Assembly (NCBI GenBank): GCA_965645245.1
Contig: OZ287086.1
Location: 1,178,001 to 1,242,000, forward strand
Length of the DNA: 64,000 bases
Direction: 5' to 3'
From: Massalongia carnosa
Taxonomy: Eukaryota
Below the pieces are notes generated by a model, which was not told the origin of the DNA, ran no database searches, and worked only from the letters and a program-made list of their open reading frames with translations. Below, piece by piece: positions 49,593 to 60,753 of the stretch. Numbering within the stretch: the first letter of the stretch is position 1; each line of letters begins with the position of its first letter. A program made the position numbers and the translations under genes.

Positions 49593-50611
49593 TAGCAGGT
49601 TCAAAGCATTTTTTCAACCAATCAAGGCCTGTTCATTGTCGGTCCATCCATTTTCACTGGTAGCGATTTCACTTTTGACGTCATTCAAAACATCGTACCA
49701 GGCCTTCTGCTTGTTAACCCTTTTGAAAATGACGAAAAGTGGTAAACTTCGACCGGTGGTGCCAATTGCCTCAATTAATGACACCCATTCTCTGTTACCT
49801 GATTGTGCTGAAAAGGCTTGCTTTTCATGTTTAGAGATTACTACTTTTGCACTACCGGCTACTCCCATCATAAATCCCTTTTCGTCCATGTTGTAAATGT
49901 CTTCATCGAGAATTCCGTGTTTTTGTTTGGTAGAAAGAAAGAGGTCAAACCAATGCTGAAAAATCTCTTCATTCTCCGCGAATAAACGATCTTAATCCAA
50001 GGTGCGACTGTGTTTAGCCTGCAAATCGGAATGACGATTCAAAAAATGCTGTTGCCAATTGACCCCCAATGCAGTATGATTTCCCCTAGCTCTTAATAAC
50101 TCGATGGCCATCTGACGTAACTGAGCGATTTTAGCAGGCCAGCCCCAGGCACACAATTGAAGAAGCCAATTCTTCAAAGCGTTCTCCTCCTCGAATGTCA
50201 ACAGTTGTTTGATGTCCGAAGTAAATCGTGGTTGACGGCCATGAATGCGAGAATAGAGAGTAGTCTTCGAAACAGCGTATAAACTAGCTGTCTTTGAGAT
50301 GGAAAGAGCTCCATCAGCTTGTTTCAAAGCCAGAAGGGCTGATTGAACGCGTTGTTCATATGTGGAGGGGGTTGTGTGAGGTGGATTTTTTACAAACACC
50401 TATTATAGCAATCTTCAAATGATGAGTATGTTCAATTATGATGTTTAAAGCTAGATTTGTATGAAAAATGTATGCGGTGAAGGCTTCAGCATCTAAGGTG
50501 TTATGTTTTCGGAATTTCTTAGTTCCGTTGAACGGTTTGTTCCGTTGTCTAGTGAGTTACGTTAGTCGAATTACCTCGTAACGATGTCGACACGGAGCGA
50601 CTGTATCCAAT

Positions 50612-51748
50612 ATGAATACTATATTTCCTCCAATTGCCATTATTGGGGCAGGCCTCAGTGGGCTTACACTTGGGCTGGGTCTCAAGCATAGAGGAATAGC
50701 AGCTGTTGTATACGACCGCGCGACTTCAACACCTCGGAACAACTACGGCATATTACTGCACTCATCGACCTATAGACCACTCCTGAGCATTCTTCATATG
50801 GACAAAAAAACGTTTCGGGAAAAAGTAGCCGTCAATGCCCCACAGGGTGGCAGTGGAAGCCTCTCGGGGTCGAACAGTTTTGCACCCACCGACTCCTTTC
50901 GCTGTCACCGTGGCCGGCTCGAGGCTCTGCTCGGCAAGGATCTGTCAATCAGCTGGGATAAAAGATTGAATGACCTTCAGCTTACTTCGCAGCCCGAAAA
51001 GCTTACTGCTTCTTTTGATGACGGGTCTAGCCTGAGGACCAGTTGCCTAATTGGCTGCGACGGGCCTCACTCGATGACTCGTCAAAGCCTGAGTCCTACA
51101 ATGAAGTTGCAGGTTCTCCCATACGTTGTCTATAATGGCAAGCGAAGCATCTCTTACACCGAATATTTGGAAACCATGCATGACTACATGCAAAACGGTT
51201 TACTCACACAGGCGCTCGAAGGCGAGATTTTACTCCAGATATATTTGACCGATATCTCCGGATCACAAGTCATTATAGGCTACACTTACTCTCGCCCAGC
51301 CATTAAGAATAACGATCCTCTTCACAAACCGGACCGCCTCGTCCCTGGTGCAACTGACATTCCTGAAGAACTTTTTGAGGAGCTAGTATTGTTACAGAAT
51401 CTCGAGCCTCCGTTCAAGGTGATCTTTGACGCTGAAGAAGTACGGGGCGATCGACTCTTGCACTGGCTGATGCGAACCTTGATGCCAGACCCGAGCGAGG
51501 CGCAACGGCTTGCAAAACATGACGTGGTTCTCATAGGGGATGCGGTGCATACTACCCCCATACTGGGTGGTGAAGGTGCGAACATGGCCATAAGAGACGG
51601 CATCGATCTAGCACAACATATTGCCACGCATGGTACTAATGCCTTTGAAAACTTCTCGAAGTCTAAGTTCGAGGAGTGGAAAGAGTCTGTACATAACAGC
51701 AAGAAAATGATAGAGAATATGCATATGTCTAAGGGGTCCAATCTTTAG
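50612..51748 (+). CDS. FAD-dependent monooxygenase/oxidoreductase (group A flavin monooxygenase-like)
   Basis: 378-aa intact single-exon ORF; IAIIGAGLSG, LIGCDG, VLIGDAVH..P..GEGANMAIRDG. Confidence 0.9.
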   Translation: MNTIFPPIAIIGAGLSGLTLGLGLKHRGIAAVVYDRATSTPRNNYGILLHSSTYRPLLSILHMDKKTFREKVAVNAPQGGSGSLSGSNSFAPTDSFRCHRGRLEALLGKDLSISWDKRLNDLQLTSQPEKLTASFDDGSSLRTSCLIGCDGPHSMTRQSLSPTMKLQVLPYVVYNGKRSISYTEYLETMHDYMQNGLLTQALEGEILLQIYLTDISGSQVIIGYTYSRPAIKNNDPLHKPDRLVPGATDIPEELFEELVLLQNLEPPFKVIFDAEEVRGDRLLHWLMRTLMPDPSEAQRLAKHDVVLIGDAVHTTPILGGEGANMAIRDGIDLAQHIATHGTNAFENFSKSKFEEWKESVHNSKKMIENMHMSKGSNL

Positions 51749-54681
51749 CCGTTCTACCTACTAGGAAAATGAGGGCTACGTCATATCTTAGTTGCTGCGC
51801 GAGAGGTGGGAGGATCATGATTCAAGGAATTTTCAATCCTCGTCGTCAGCATTCAGAATTCCATGAATTATTCCTAGCGGATTGAGCTCTTCAGGCGAAG
51901 TGCTGGGATTTATTTCACTGTCAGACTATTTCTTACTTACGCTAACGTCATAGCACTTTCTATCGTTTGAGTTGGAGGTAGTAAAGATTAAGGAAATATT
52001 CGAAAGGTTAAAAGATTTATGTAGAATGAGATTAACTTCACCCTTCGAGCCGTTCTAATCCAGAGATCAATCAATATTCATTGCCGACTATTGGACTTAG
52101 GCTTTACAGTCCCGGAATCTATTCTTTCCTGATTGATCAGAACTCGGATATGTGCCTTGCCTCGTACGCTCGGATGATCATTCAACATATTCCACGAATG
52201 ATGAATGCCGATAGCAATCGAGTCCGCTGTAGATTAGAAACAATCCAGACAAGAACGCGGCACTTTTTTCAGATATGAATGATGATTATCATGAATCATT
52301 CAAGCGTAGTACTTGAGAATAGAAATGTAGCGTAAAGGACGTAGTGTTTCCAAGGCGCCTTGCAGTTTCAATCTCAAATGTCACTAGTTCTGTCATCAGT
52401 TCGATAATAGAATGACTGAATTTTTGAACTGAGAATATAAAACAAGGAACTCGCAACAGGTTTATGCAGAACCTGATTATCAATGTCTTTGTGGTACTGA
52501 TATCAGAACTCCTTGGTTTCAAATATGTCTCGACAAGATTTTAAAATTATAATCTAGCCTTCGCGAGGTGCTTAGGGACAGTCCCCCGCCGTCCGTCCCC
52601 CCTCCTGTGTAAATCTTTGCTAGTAAACAGCCCTTTCACTGCTTATCCAGGTTGCGTACAAGCTAGTAATGCAACTGCCAACAGCACATTAAACTCGTTT
52701 CGGTTTAAATCGTATGACGTGTTATTGCTACTAATAATTACCCTACTCGGTCTGATAAAGCATACCCCCTCACCCTCACCCTCACCCTCACTTACCATTT
52801 GCCCTTGCCCTTGTCCTAACCCTTTGCCCTCCCTAAATCTCCCCTTCCACTTATGCTATACCTCATATTATATATTTTACTACTCCGCATCGCGATGGAG
52901 TTCGTTCCCACTTCTTTGGATGCACGGAAGCAACATGCCATTGCCCTTCTACCCCCACCTCACCTCCTTCCTCCGCAAGAGAATGAGTTATTTTCGTCTT
53001 GAGAGGAGGCAAAGACTCGTCTTCAAGACTATGCCTTCACCCAAGGCTTCGCGTTGGTCACGGAAAGTCACGATAAGAAAACCATTTAATCGTATTAGAC
53101 TGCACACGCCACCACAAAAGAGTTAGAAACACTAGAAAAGTAGAGGAGGAAGACCGGGTGCGAGCCAATACCAAAGTTTCGTTCAATGAGTGCCCTTATC
53201 GCCTCCGTCTCAAAAAAAACAAAGAAAATGCATGGAAACTAATAGTTACTAACTCCGAGCACAATTATGAGATGGCCACTGATCCCTTTGCATTCAGAGA
53301 ACATCATAGTAGGGACCCTGATCGAACAGATCCCCTAGATCAATGGAAGAGTCTCCGTGCATCGTCAACCCAACATGGCCAAGCAGCGAGAATATTAGAA
53401 ATCCAAGGACCCCGTCTGTCGAGGAGCGATTATTATAATCTCGCTCATTCAGAAGGAGCTCACACGCCTGAAGAAGAGCTTCTTTTTGCCTTGGGCTCGT
53501 TGAAAGACAGGGGCTTTCATGTACGGTGTAAGGAAAAATATATTGTTAAGAATAATGTGCGTGAGAGACGGGTGATAGAACAATTTTTTTTGCAATGCAG
53601 AGTAAGTTAGGCTGGCTCGACGTCTCGTGGGTGGGTTTTTATTAGAAACGGATGCAACGTTCAATACTAATAAATTGAACTTGCCTTTATCCGTTTTTGT
53701 TGGAATCACTAACACCGACCTTTCGTTTCCCGTCGCTTATTGCTATATAACTTCCAAATCGGCCGAATGTTTCACTTTTATTATCGAATGTATGAAAGAG
53801 TTGATTTTTTATGATGATTGCCCAGGGCCTGGGGTGATTCTCGGGGATTTTGCAGCTGGATTGACTGTAGCCATGCAAAGAAAAGCTAAAGCTCCGGCAA
53901 TTGATCTCGATGCTGCATTGACCATTGCAAGAGAGGTCGCCAAAAATCTAAACCAATCAACGATGAAAGCGGGCGAGGAGAGATGCATTTTGCAGCTGTG
54001 AACGTGGCATGCGGCCGAGGCAATAAAAAAACGACTGATCAAGGCAGGAAAATATCCCCAAGAAGTGCGCAAAAAGCTGGAGACTCTGATTTGGGATTAT
54101 ATAAAATCCCTCACTATTGATGAGTTGGATGAGAGACGAAGAAAGTTGCTGAATGAACTTCATCCCGCAGAAAAGGTTAGTAGTGATATATCAAATTAAA
54201 TTTCAAGCGAGTTAGGGCTACTGCTAACGCTACCTCTTTCGCAGGATTATCTCATGAATTTCTATCAACATCAAGAAATTCAATTCATGCATGCATATAC
54301 TACTAAACTCCCTGATTTAGGCACACAGCGTTCAGAAGGTCTACATTCATTGGTTAAAAATGTGACCAATAGAAACACTCCTATAAGACAATCGGTGCAG
54401 AAAATATGTGATGAGGTGCGGAAAAAACAATTAGAACAGGAGAGTTTGTGCAATCAAGAGCGAATACGCAATCCTAGATTGATAGATAGAAATGCTTTTA
54501 GGCTACTCATTGGGAAAATTAAGCATCATGCCATTGGCCTCGTTTCAAGCGAACTCGATGCCGCCAAATCATTAGCTGAACGAACCCTTTCTATTGTCCC
54601 TGATGGTGGAAGCTGTGTTTATGATTGTGAATTGCCTTTAAGGTACGGTCTCCCATGCAAATGCTGATTGTATAAATGCAT

Positions 54682-57600
54682 CGAGAAGACTCGGGACAGT
54701 CCCCCCCCCACCGTCCCCCCAGCGAAAATCATTGCAAATTAGGACTAGCTACAAGCCACCTCCCCATACTAAATATGTGCACGTCCACCGTCTCTCCGCA
54801 AGCTTCCTCTAGCTGATTTAGCTTAGCCCCGCATTCTGAAAAATCCTCATCTATTCATACTACTACTATTACTACTACTCCTACCACTCATTGCGATGAT
54901 CTCAATTCTGAAAATGCATCACTCAATTGCGAAACATTATCCTTTCTAGGCTTCATAGTCTTAGCAACCTTTCTTGCAGCTGCGTTTTTCCTCTCCTCAG
55001 CCCTTGCTTGTTTGGCCGCTTGGTCGGCCCTCTGCTGAGACTCCAACTCCAACTGAGCCTTCGATTTTTTGGCTACCACACCCCGTGACCCTCGTGTTGT
55101 TGTTGCAGACGATGTGGATGGTAGCTGGCTAGCGCGGATGTTTTTTTGACTGAGGCTATAAAGGGAAGGAGCTTTTGGAGAGGGAACCGTTTGGGAAAGA
55201 GCCTTTTGGCTATGTTTCGCCAGCACTTCATCAATATCTTCAAATGAATCGGAAGCAGATGCCGGGGATGGAGGGATAAAATCATCATTCTCATTCAGAG
55301 AGAGTGGAGGATCGGGGGTAGGCTGAGTTGCTATATATTGCAGGGCATCGTCGTCAGATACGATGATAGCATCTCCGGAATCTATACCGAATATTAGCCG
55401 CGCTACATTGATCGATTTGCTGATATCGTGGGTTTTTTATCATCAATCATACCCTTGTCTTCACCGCCTGCCCGCAATTCATCCTCATGCCTTCTTCTCC
55501 TCCCTTCTTCAATCGAGTCCTTACGTTTAGCACGTCGCTGCTTAGCTTCATCTGCCTCAGCTGCCTCACGGCCAGTGTAAGCCCGCCGGCGACTCCCACT
55601 CTTTTTATACATGAGGTTGTCCTTCGGTCGGATTTCGTCGGGGAAAGTTGTAGGGATAAGTGGCCTCGCCAGCTCCTTATCCTGCCATTTTTTATTGAAA
55701 ATAGCAGTGAATTTGGCGAATCCACGAGCGTATCCCTCCCTTCTATGCACATTTTCTATTGATTTATGAAAATCAATTGATTGATGTGCGGCCGCATGCA
55801 GCAAATCAACACCCCCGCGACGAAATCTATCCCCAGTATTATTGTCAACTGCCTTCTCGATTTCCTCCTCCGGCTCAGATTCTTGACTTTGTTGAGCATT
55901 CCCCCCCTCATCCGCCTCCTCATCCTGCTCTTCTGTGGTCTTCCTGTGAGCTGCTCTCCGAAACATCTCAGCGAAATTTATGGTGGGGTCGAAAACCATG
56001 CTCCACGAGACCACAAAAGGCGGGCCATCGAAAAACCAGCGGGGATGAATGAGGGAGATAGGTATGGGGATAACATCAATGACGCAACGATACAACCAGC
56101 ATCTGCACGGAAGACCGTATCGTGGAGGCAAATCACAATCATACATACAATCCTCACCGGTTGGTTCGATTAATGCAGTCCCTTCAACTCCAAAAGAAAC
56201 CTGTTGATTGAAATCTTCGGCTAAAATTTTAGCTGCATCCAACTCTCTAGATATGAGGTCAATAGCATGATGAGTTATTAAACCTATAAGGTCTTTGAAC
56301 GCACTTCTATCCATTAGCCGGGGGTTGTTGATTCGTTGATGATTGGTTGATATTTCGTAGTCAACCTGAACCCTTTGCACTGTTTCGCATATTTTCCGCA
56401 CCGAGTCCTTAATAGGTGTATGCCTATTTGTCACATTCTTTACCAACGGATGCAAACCTTCCACCCTTTGTGTGCTATGTGCACCTAAATTAGGGAACTT
56501 TCTGGTGTATGCGGAAACAAACTGACACTCCTGACGTTGATAATAGCTAGTAAAATACTCCTGGAAATAGGAGTGAGTTAGCCCTTATTAACGTTTTTTG
56601 ATGGCTTCATACCTTTTCTGAAGCATGAAGCTTCAATATCAACGCGTTTCTCTTCTCATCCAGCTGTTCAACGGTAGGAGTTTTGATCCACTCCCATATC
56701 AATTCATGCAGTTCTTTCCGTACTTCTAAAGGATATGAACCCGCCCTGATCAGGCGTTTCTTGATTGCCTCCGCTGCGTGCCACGTGCATAATTGCAACA
56801 CACAATCAGGGTCGGTTTCGTGTATTGATTGGGCGACTTGCCATGCAACGGTCATTGCTGCATCCGGGTTTATTTCCTTAGCCCGTTTTTTATGCATCGC
56901 TGCAGTCAATCCAGCGGCGAAGTCTCCGAGGATGACCCTAGGACCAGGACATGTATCATGAAAAAAGAGATCTTTCATACAATCAAATAGAAACGTAAAG
57001 CACTCAGCCGATTCAGAAGTTATATAACAATAGGTCGCGGGGAAAGTCTGATTTATGTTGGTGATGCCAACCAATACCGATAGAGGTAAGTTCAACTGAT
57101 TTGTATTGAACGTAGCATCCGTTTCTATCAAAAATCCACTGACGAATCGTCTAGTCAGTCGGATCTGTTCAGCGTTACAGAAAAAGAAATGTTCAACAAC
57201 ACGTCTTCGGGGAGTATTGTTTTCAACGAGATATTTCTCCAAAGTCCGTACATGAAACCCTTCTTCTTCTAGAAATCCAAGTGCATAGATCAACTCTTCT
57301 TCAGGTGTATGTTTGCCCTGGGATCGAGCCAGGTTGTAATAGTCCTTCTTCGAAAGGCGCAGGCCAGTCATTCCCAAAACGCGAGATGCTTGACCGTATC
57401 TAGTTGATGCATCACGGAGACTTTTTGCTTGATCTAGGGCAGTTGCTCGATCGAGGTCTTGGCTACGATGCTCTTTGAAACCGAAGGGGTCTGTAGCCAT
57501 CTCGTGATTGTGATCAGGATTGGTGATGATTAATCTCCACGATTCGTCTTTGTTTTGCTTCAGTCTTAGTCGATATTTGCACTCGTTGAACGAGACCTTC

Positions 57601-58102
57601 GTGTTTTTTCGTACGCGGTCCTTCTCCTCTAGCTTTCTAGTGTTTCTTTCTCTTTTGTGATGACGGGTGCAATCTAGTATAACGAGATGATTCTTCTTAT
57701 CATTAGTCTCTGTGACCAATGCAAAGCCTTGAGTAAAGGCATAATTCTGAAGGCGGGTTTTTCCCTCCTCCCAGGAGATAAAGATTTCACTCTCACTCGG
57801 AGGAAGACGATGAGAAGACGGTAAACTCGCTATAGCCCTTTGCAAACGTGCATCCAGGGACGTTGATGTGAGGGCCATAGCAAAGAAAAAGATTAGGGAG
57901 AGAAGAAGTGCGGTCTACCTATCATAGTGATAAATTTATACAGAGGGTTGGCTGCCTATACCTATAATATTATTAATAGAGACGGTGAACGAGGTATATG
58001 CACCTAATTATTTAGTATGGGGAGGTGGCTTGTAGCTAGTCCCAACCCGGAATGATTTTCGCTGGGGGGACGGTGGGGGGGGGACTGTCCCGAGTCTTCT
58101 CG
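54682..58102 (-). mobile_element. Mutator-like element (inner, apparently intact)
   Basis: ~105-bp TIRs CGAGAAGACTCGGGACAGTCCC; 9-bp TSD TAAATGCAT. Confidence 0.95.
54888..57878 (-). CDS. MULE transposase, 3 exons (57878-56613, 56560-55453, 55381-54888), ~955 aa
   Basis: GT-AG introns with CTAAC/CTAAT branch sites give an open frame; FAR1-like C..H-N-H region, MULE DDE motifs, SWIM-like CDLP..YGLPCRCW. Confidence 0.85.
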
Positions 58103-59759
58103 TAAATGCATCATCGACTCGATCCCTATTCCCGTTTCCCTCATTCACCCCAGCTGGTTTTATGATGGCCCACCTTATGCGGTCTCTTGGCAAATGACCT
58201 TCGATTTCGCTCGCGGCTCGGAGCCCGAGGTCGAAAAGATCGTCGATGAGGTCGAAGGGACGGGAGAGACTGAGGCGGATAAGGATGAGGTCGAGCTCGA
58301 AGAAGGCGTGTAAGGTGAGGATAGATTTCGCCGCGGGGGCCTTGATTTGCTATATTCTGTGGCATATCAATCTATTGACCTGCATCAATCAATAGAAGAT
58401 TCTCATCGAAGGGAGGAGTACGCTAGCGAGCATGCTCACATCGTTGAAAAGTTCAATAAGAAATGGTAAAAGAAGGAGCTGGTAAGACCTCTCATCCCCA
58501 CCACATTCCTCGACGAAATTCGGCACAAAGAAAACCTCATGTATAAGAAAGGAGGGAGTCGTCGACGTGCCTACACTGGTCGCGAGGCAGCTGAGGCTAG
58601 AGAAACTGAACAGCGACGTACTAGGCGAAAGGACTCTATTGAACAAGGGAGGAGGCTTAGATATAATAGATTGCGTGCTGGGGGCGACGATGAGGTTGAA
58701 GGTGAAACAGTAGGTAAAATTCACGATGTTGCAAAGTTATTGCGCTCGGGTCGGCTAATATTGGGTACAATAGGTTTAGGAGAAAACTTAGTTATGGAGA
58801 GAATCGAAATAGCGTCTATCGTCTCCGAAGACGATGACGAGGTGCAGTATATAAGCACTCAGCCCATTCTCGGTCGTTCTATGGATCCTATACTTCCTTC
58901 GGATGATGATAATGATGTTATTCTTACATCAGAAACCTCGTCGGATTCGCTCGAAGATATTGACGATGTGCTTGCCAAGCATAGTCAAAAAGCCCTACCT
59001 AAGGCAGCGCCGCCTCCATCTCTTTATAGTCTTAGCCAAAACGTGCGCGCCAGTCAAATTCTCCCTACTTCCTCTGCAACAACGCGAAGGTCTCGGGGTG
59101 TGGCGAAGAAATCAAAGGCTCAGTTGGAGTTGGAATCTCAGCAAAGAGTCGAGAAATCAGTCAAACAGGCTAGAGCTCAAGCGAGAAAGGAAACGGCGAT
59201 GAGAAAGGTGGCTAAAACCATGAAGCCTAGAAAAGATGATGTATCGCAATTAGCTGACGAGTTTTTGGAGTTGAAGTCATCACAATCGGTAGATTTGTAG
59301 GTGTTTAATACACTTAGTCAGTAACAGCAACAGTATTAATACGTAGTGTAATTGCTAGCTTGTACGCACCCTGGATGAGTAGTAAAATGGCTATTTACTA
59401 GTAAAGATCTACACAAAGCAATTTGCATCTACACTCGGCAAGGAAAGACTTGTGGCGGTGGCAAATTTGTATGAAGTCAGAAAGCGCATCGGAAGAAGGA
59501 ACCGATGAGATGGAAATGGAAGCTTCTGGAATCGCTGGTGGACGGGCATAAATAGGAGCAGTTTTACCCTACGTAGTGGTAGGAAGTCAATCGTTTCTCC
59601 CAGTTTGTTTTGCATGTGCAAGAACTCGTTTGTCGAACTAGTCATATCAATTGCCCAGTGCTACCATTCCGCCTGTTGCAGTCACAGTTCCAAAATCAGG
59701 TAGGGAGGAGAGAAGACTGCATGAAGGTGTGTTCTATTGAGATCTGTCTACATGGCTAT

Positions 59760-59831
59760 GGCCTGCTGGGTCAAAAACCTCTACGTGGTGCAGGCTATCA
59801 ACACCTCCTCGGAGGTGGCCAATATCTGATC
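59760..59831 (+). ncRNA. Predicted HDV-like self-cleaving ribozyme
   Basis: P1 GGCCUGC/GCAGGCU with G1-U wobble; P3 ACC/GGU; L3 UCUACGU; P4 CACCUCC/GGAGGUG; J4/2 G-C(59819)-CAA; P2 GGUCA../..UGAUC. Confidence 0.75.
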
Positions 59832-60337
59832 ATCGCCAACGCGGAAGTCCACCTCGGTGGCCATTTGAACAATCAACGTCTCTACTGATCATTCGTCACC
59901 TCGAAGGCACACATACAAAGCCCATTCATTCGGAATGGCCACACCCCTCAGGCGGAAGCCTTTCACCACATCGAAAAAGCCCATTCATTAAGAATGGCCA
60001 CACTTACACACCTTCATTTATACGACACCACGATCTGCCCTCGATCACGGCCAGTCTTTCCTCCATTGAATCAAAACGTTTAAAGAGAGAGAACGTTCGT
60101 CGAACGTGTGAAAATACACTGTCTAGTTCATCGAGTCTATAGGATTCCTAGCGCTTGAAGATCTGGGTGTACGCACCGCGTGGTAGAAGGACGGTCTCGT
60201 TGCGTTCAACATGGAACAAGGGAGTGGTTTTACCCTGGGGGCCAGGTTTCCACTTCCTGAATGTTTTTTATGTACATAAATAGCAGTCACAGCGTCATAT
60301 CCTTAGGATGCATACGCTTAATGAATTAATAATAAAA
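59760..60337 (+). mobile_element. SINE-like non-coding retroposon, copy 2 (ribozyme-headed)
   Basis: 12-bp TSD CTACATGGCTAT (59748-59, 60338-49); AATAATAAAA tail; no TG..CA ends or TIRs; internal ~60-bp repeats. Confidence 0.87.
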
Positions 60338-60535
60338 CTACATGGCTATTATATACTGCCTAGCGCGCCAAGGCTCGTAGGGCTGCGCTACACCTATAAA
60401 GGGGTTTGGAGGATTATTTAACACTAGTTCATGTGACCTCGTATTGCTTCTATTTCTAAGGTTGGCGGAAACACAGCGATCTGCACCTCGCTAGCGCCGT
60501 CACTTTCGCCGGCGCCTCTACCGAGCGCCCCCTTT

Positions 60536-60727
60536 TGTCAAATATATAAGGGTCAAAAGGCATAATCAGGGAATTGGGTAGATGTTGATTGTATTGTGGA
60601 GGATGTGGAAAAGTGGGAATCTATCTAAGGGGGGAGGCCACGTGTCTAGTCGGGCCGGAATAACCCTTCGGATATATCATCCTGAGTTACCACTGATGTT
60701 TAGGATTAGTTATCCTATAATTTGACA
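60536..60727 (-). repeat. 3' LTR of the Copia element
   Basis: TGTCAAAT...ATTTGACA; PPT (GAGGGGGTG on -) at 60728-60736. Confidence 0.8.
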
Positions 60728-60753
60728 CACCCCCTCAGATCTAGAAACACCGT

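Larger units (their letters stand above)
46881..50562 (-). mobile_element. pogo/Fot1 element, paralogue of 25737-28073, 3'-truncated and interrupted
   Basis: TIR ..AGTGAGTTACGT+TA at 50562; ORFs nearly collinear with 25907-27904. Confidence 0.9.
52564..59415 (+). mobile_element. Mutator-like element (outer, degenerate); transposase 52895-59300 split by the inner MULE; outer part of the right TIR missing
   Basis: Left terminus CGAGG..GGGACAGTCCCCC; 52605-52665 inverted at 59355-59415; ETDATFNTN, LGDFAAGL, LQLC*WHAAEA. Confidence 0.88.

Noticed and set aside
51322..51741. Antisense ORFs here and across the gag/pol/LINE regions
   Set aside because: Shadows of real genes on the opposite strand, with no motifs of their own
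52740..52835. CCCT-rich repeats resembling telomeric repeats
   Set aside because: Degenerate (CCCTCA/CCCTTG), short and inside the MULE leader; not a CCCTAA array
52617..53126. 169-aa ORF with a hydrophobic and Pro-rich stretch
   Set aside because: Spans the MULE TIR/leader and overlaps the transposase out of frame
59416..59747. Possible gene fragment between the MULE end and the SINE
   Set aside because: No recognisable motif; stops in the frames examined; cannot be assigned
59760..60342. Initially read as a solo LTR ending in CA
   Set aside because: No TG start; the CA belongs to the 12-bp TSD; the A-rich tail indicates target-primed insertion
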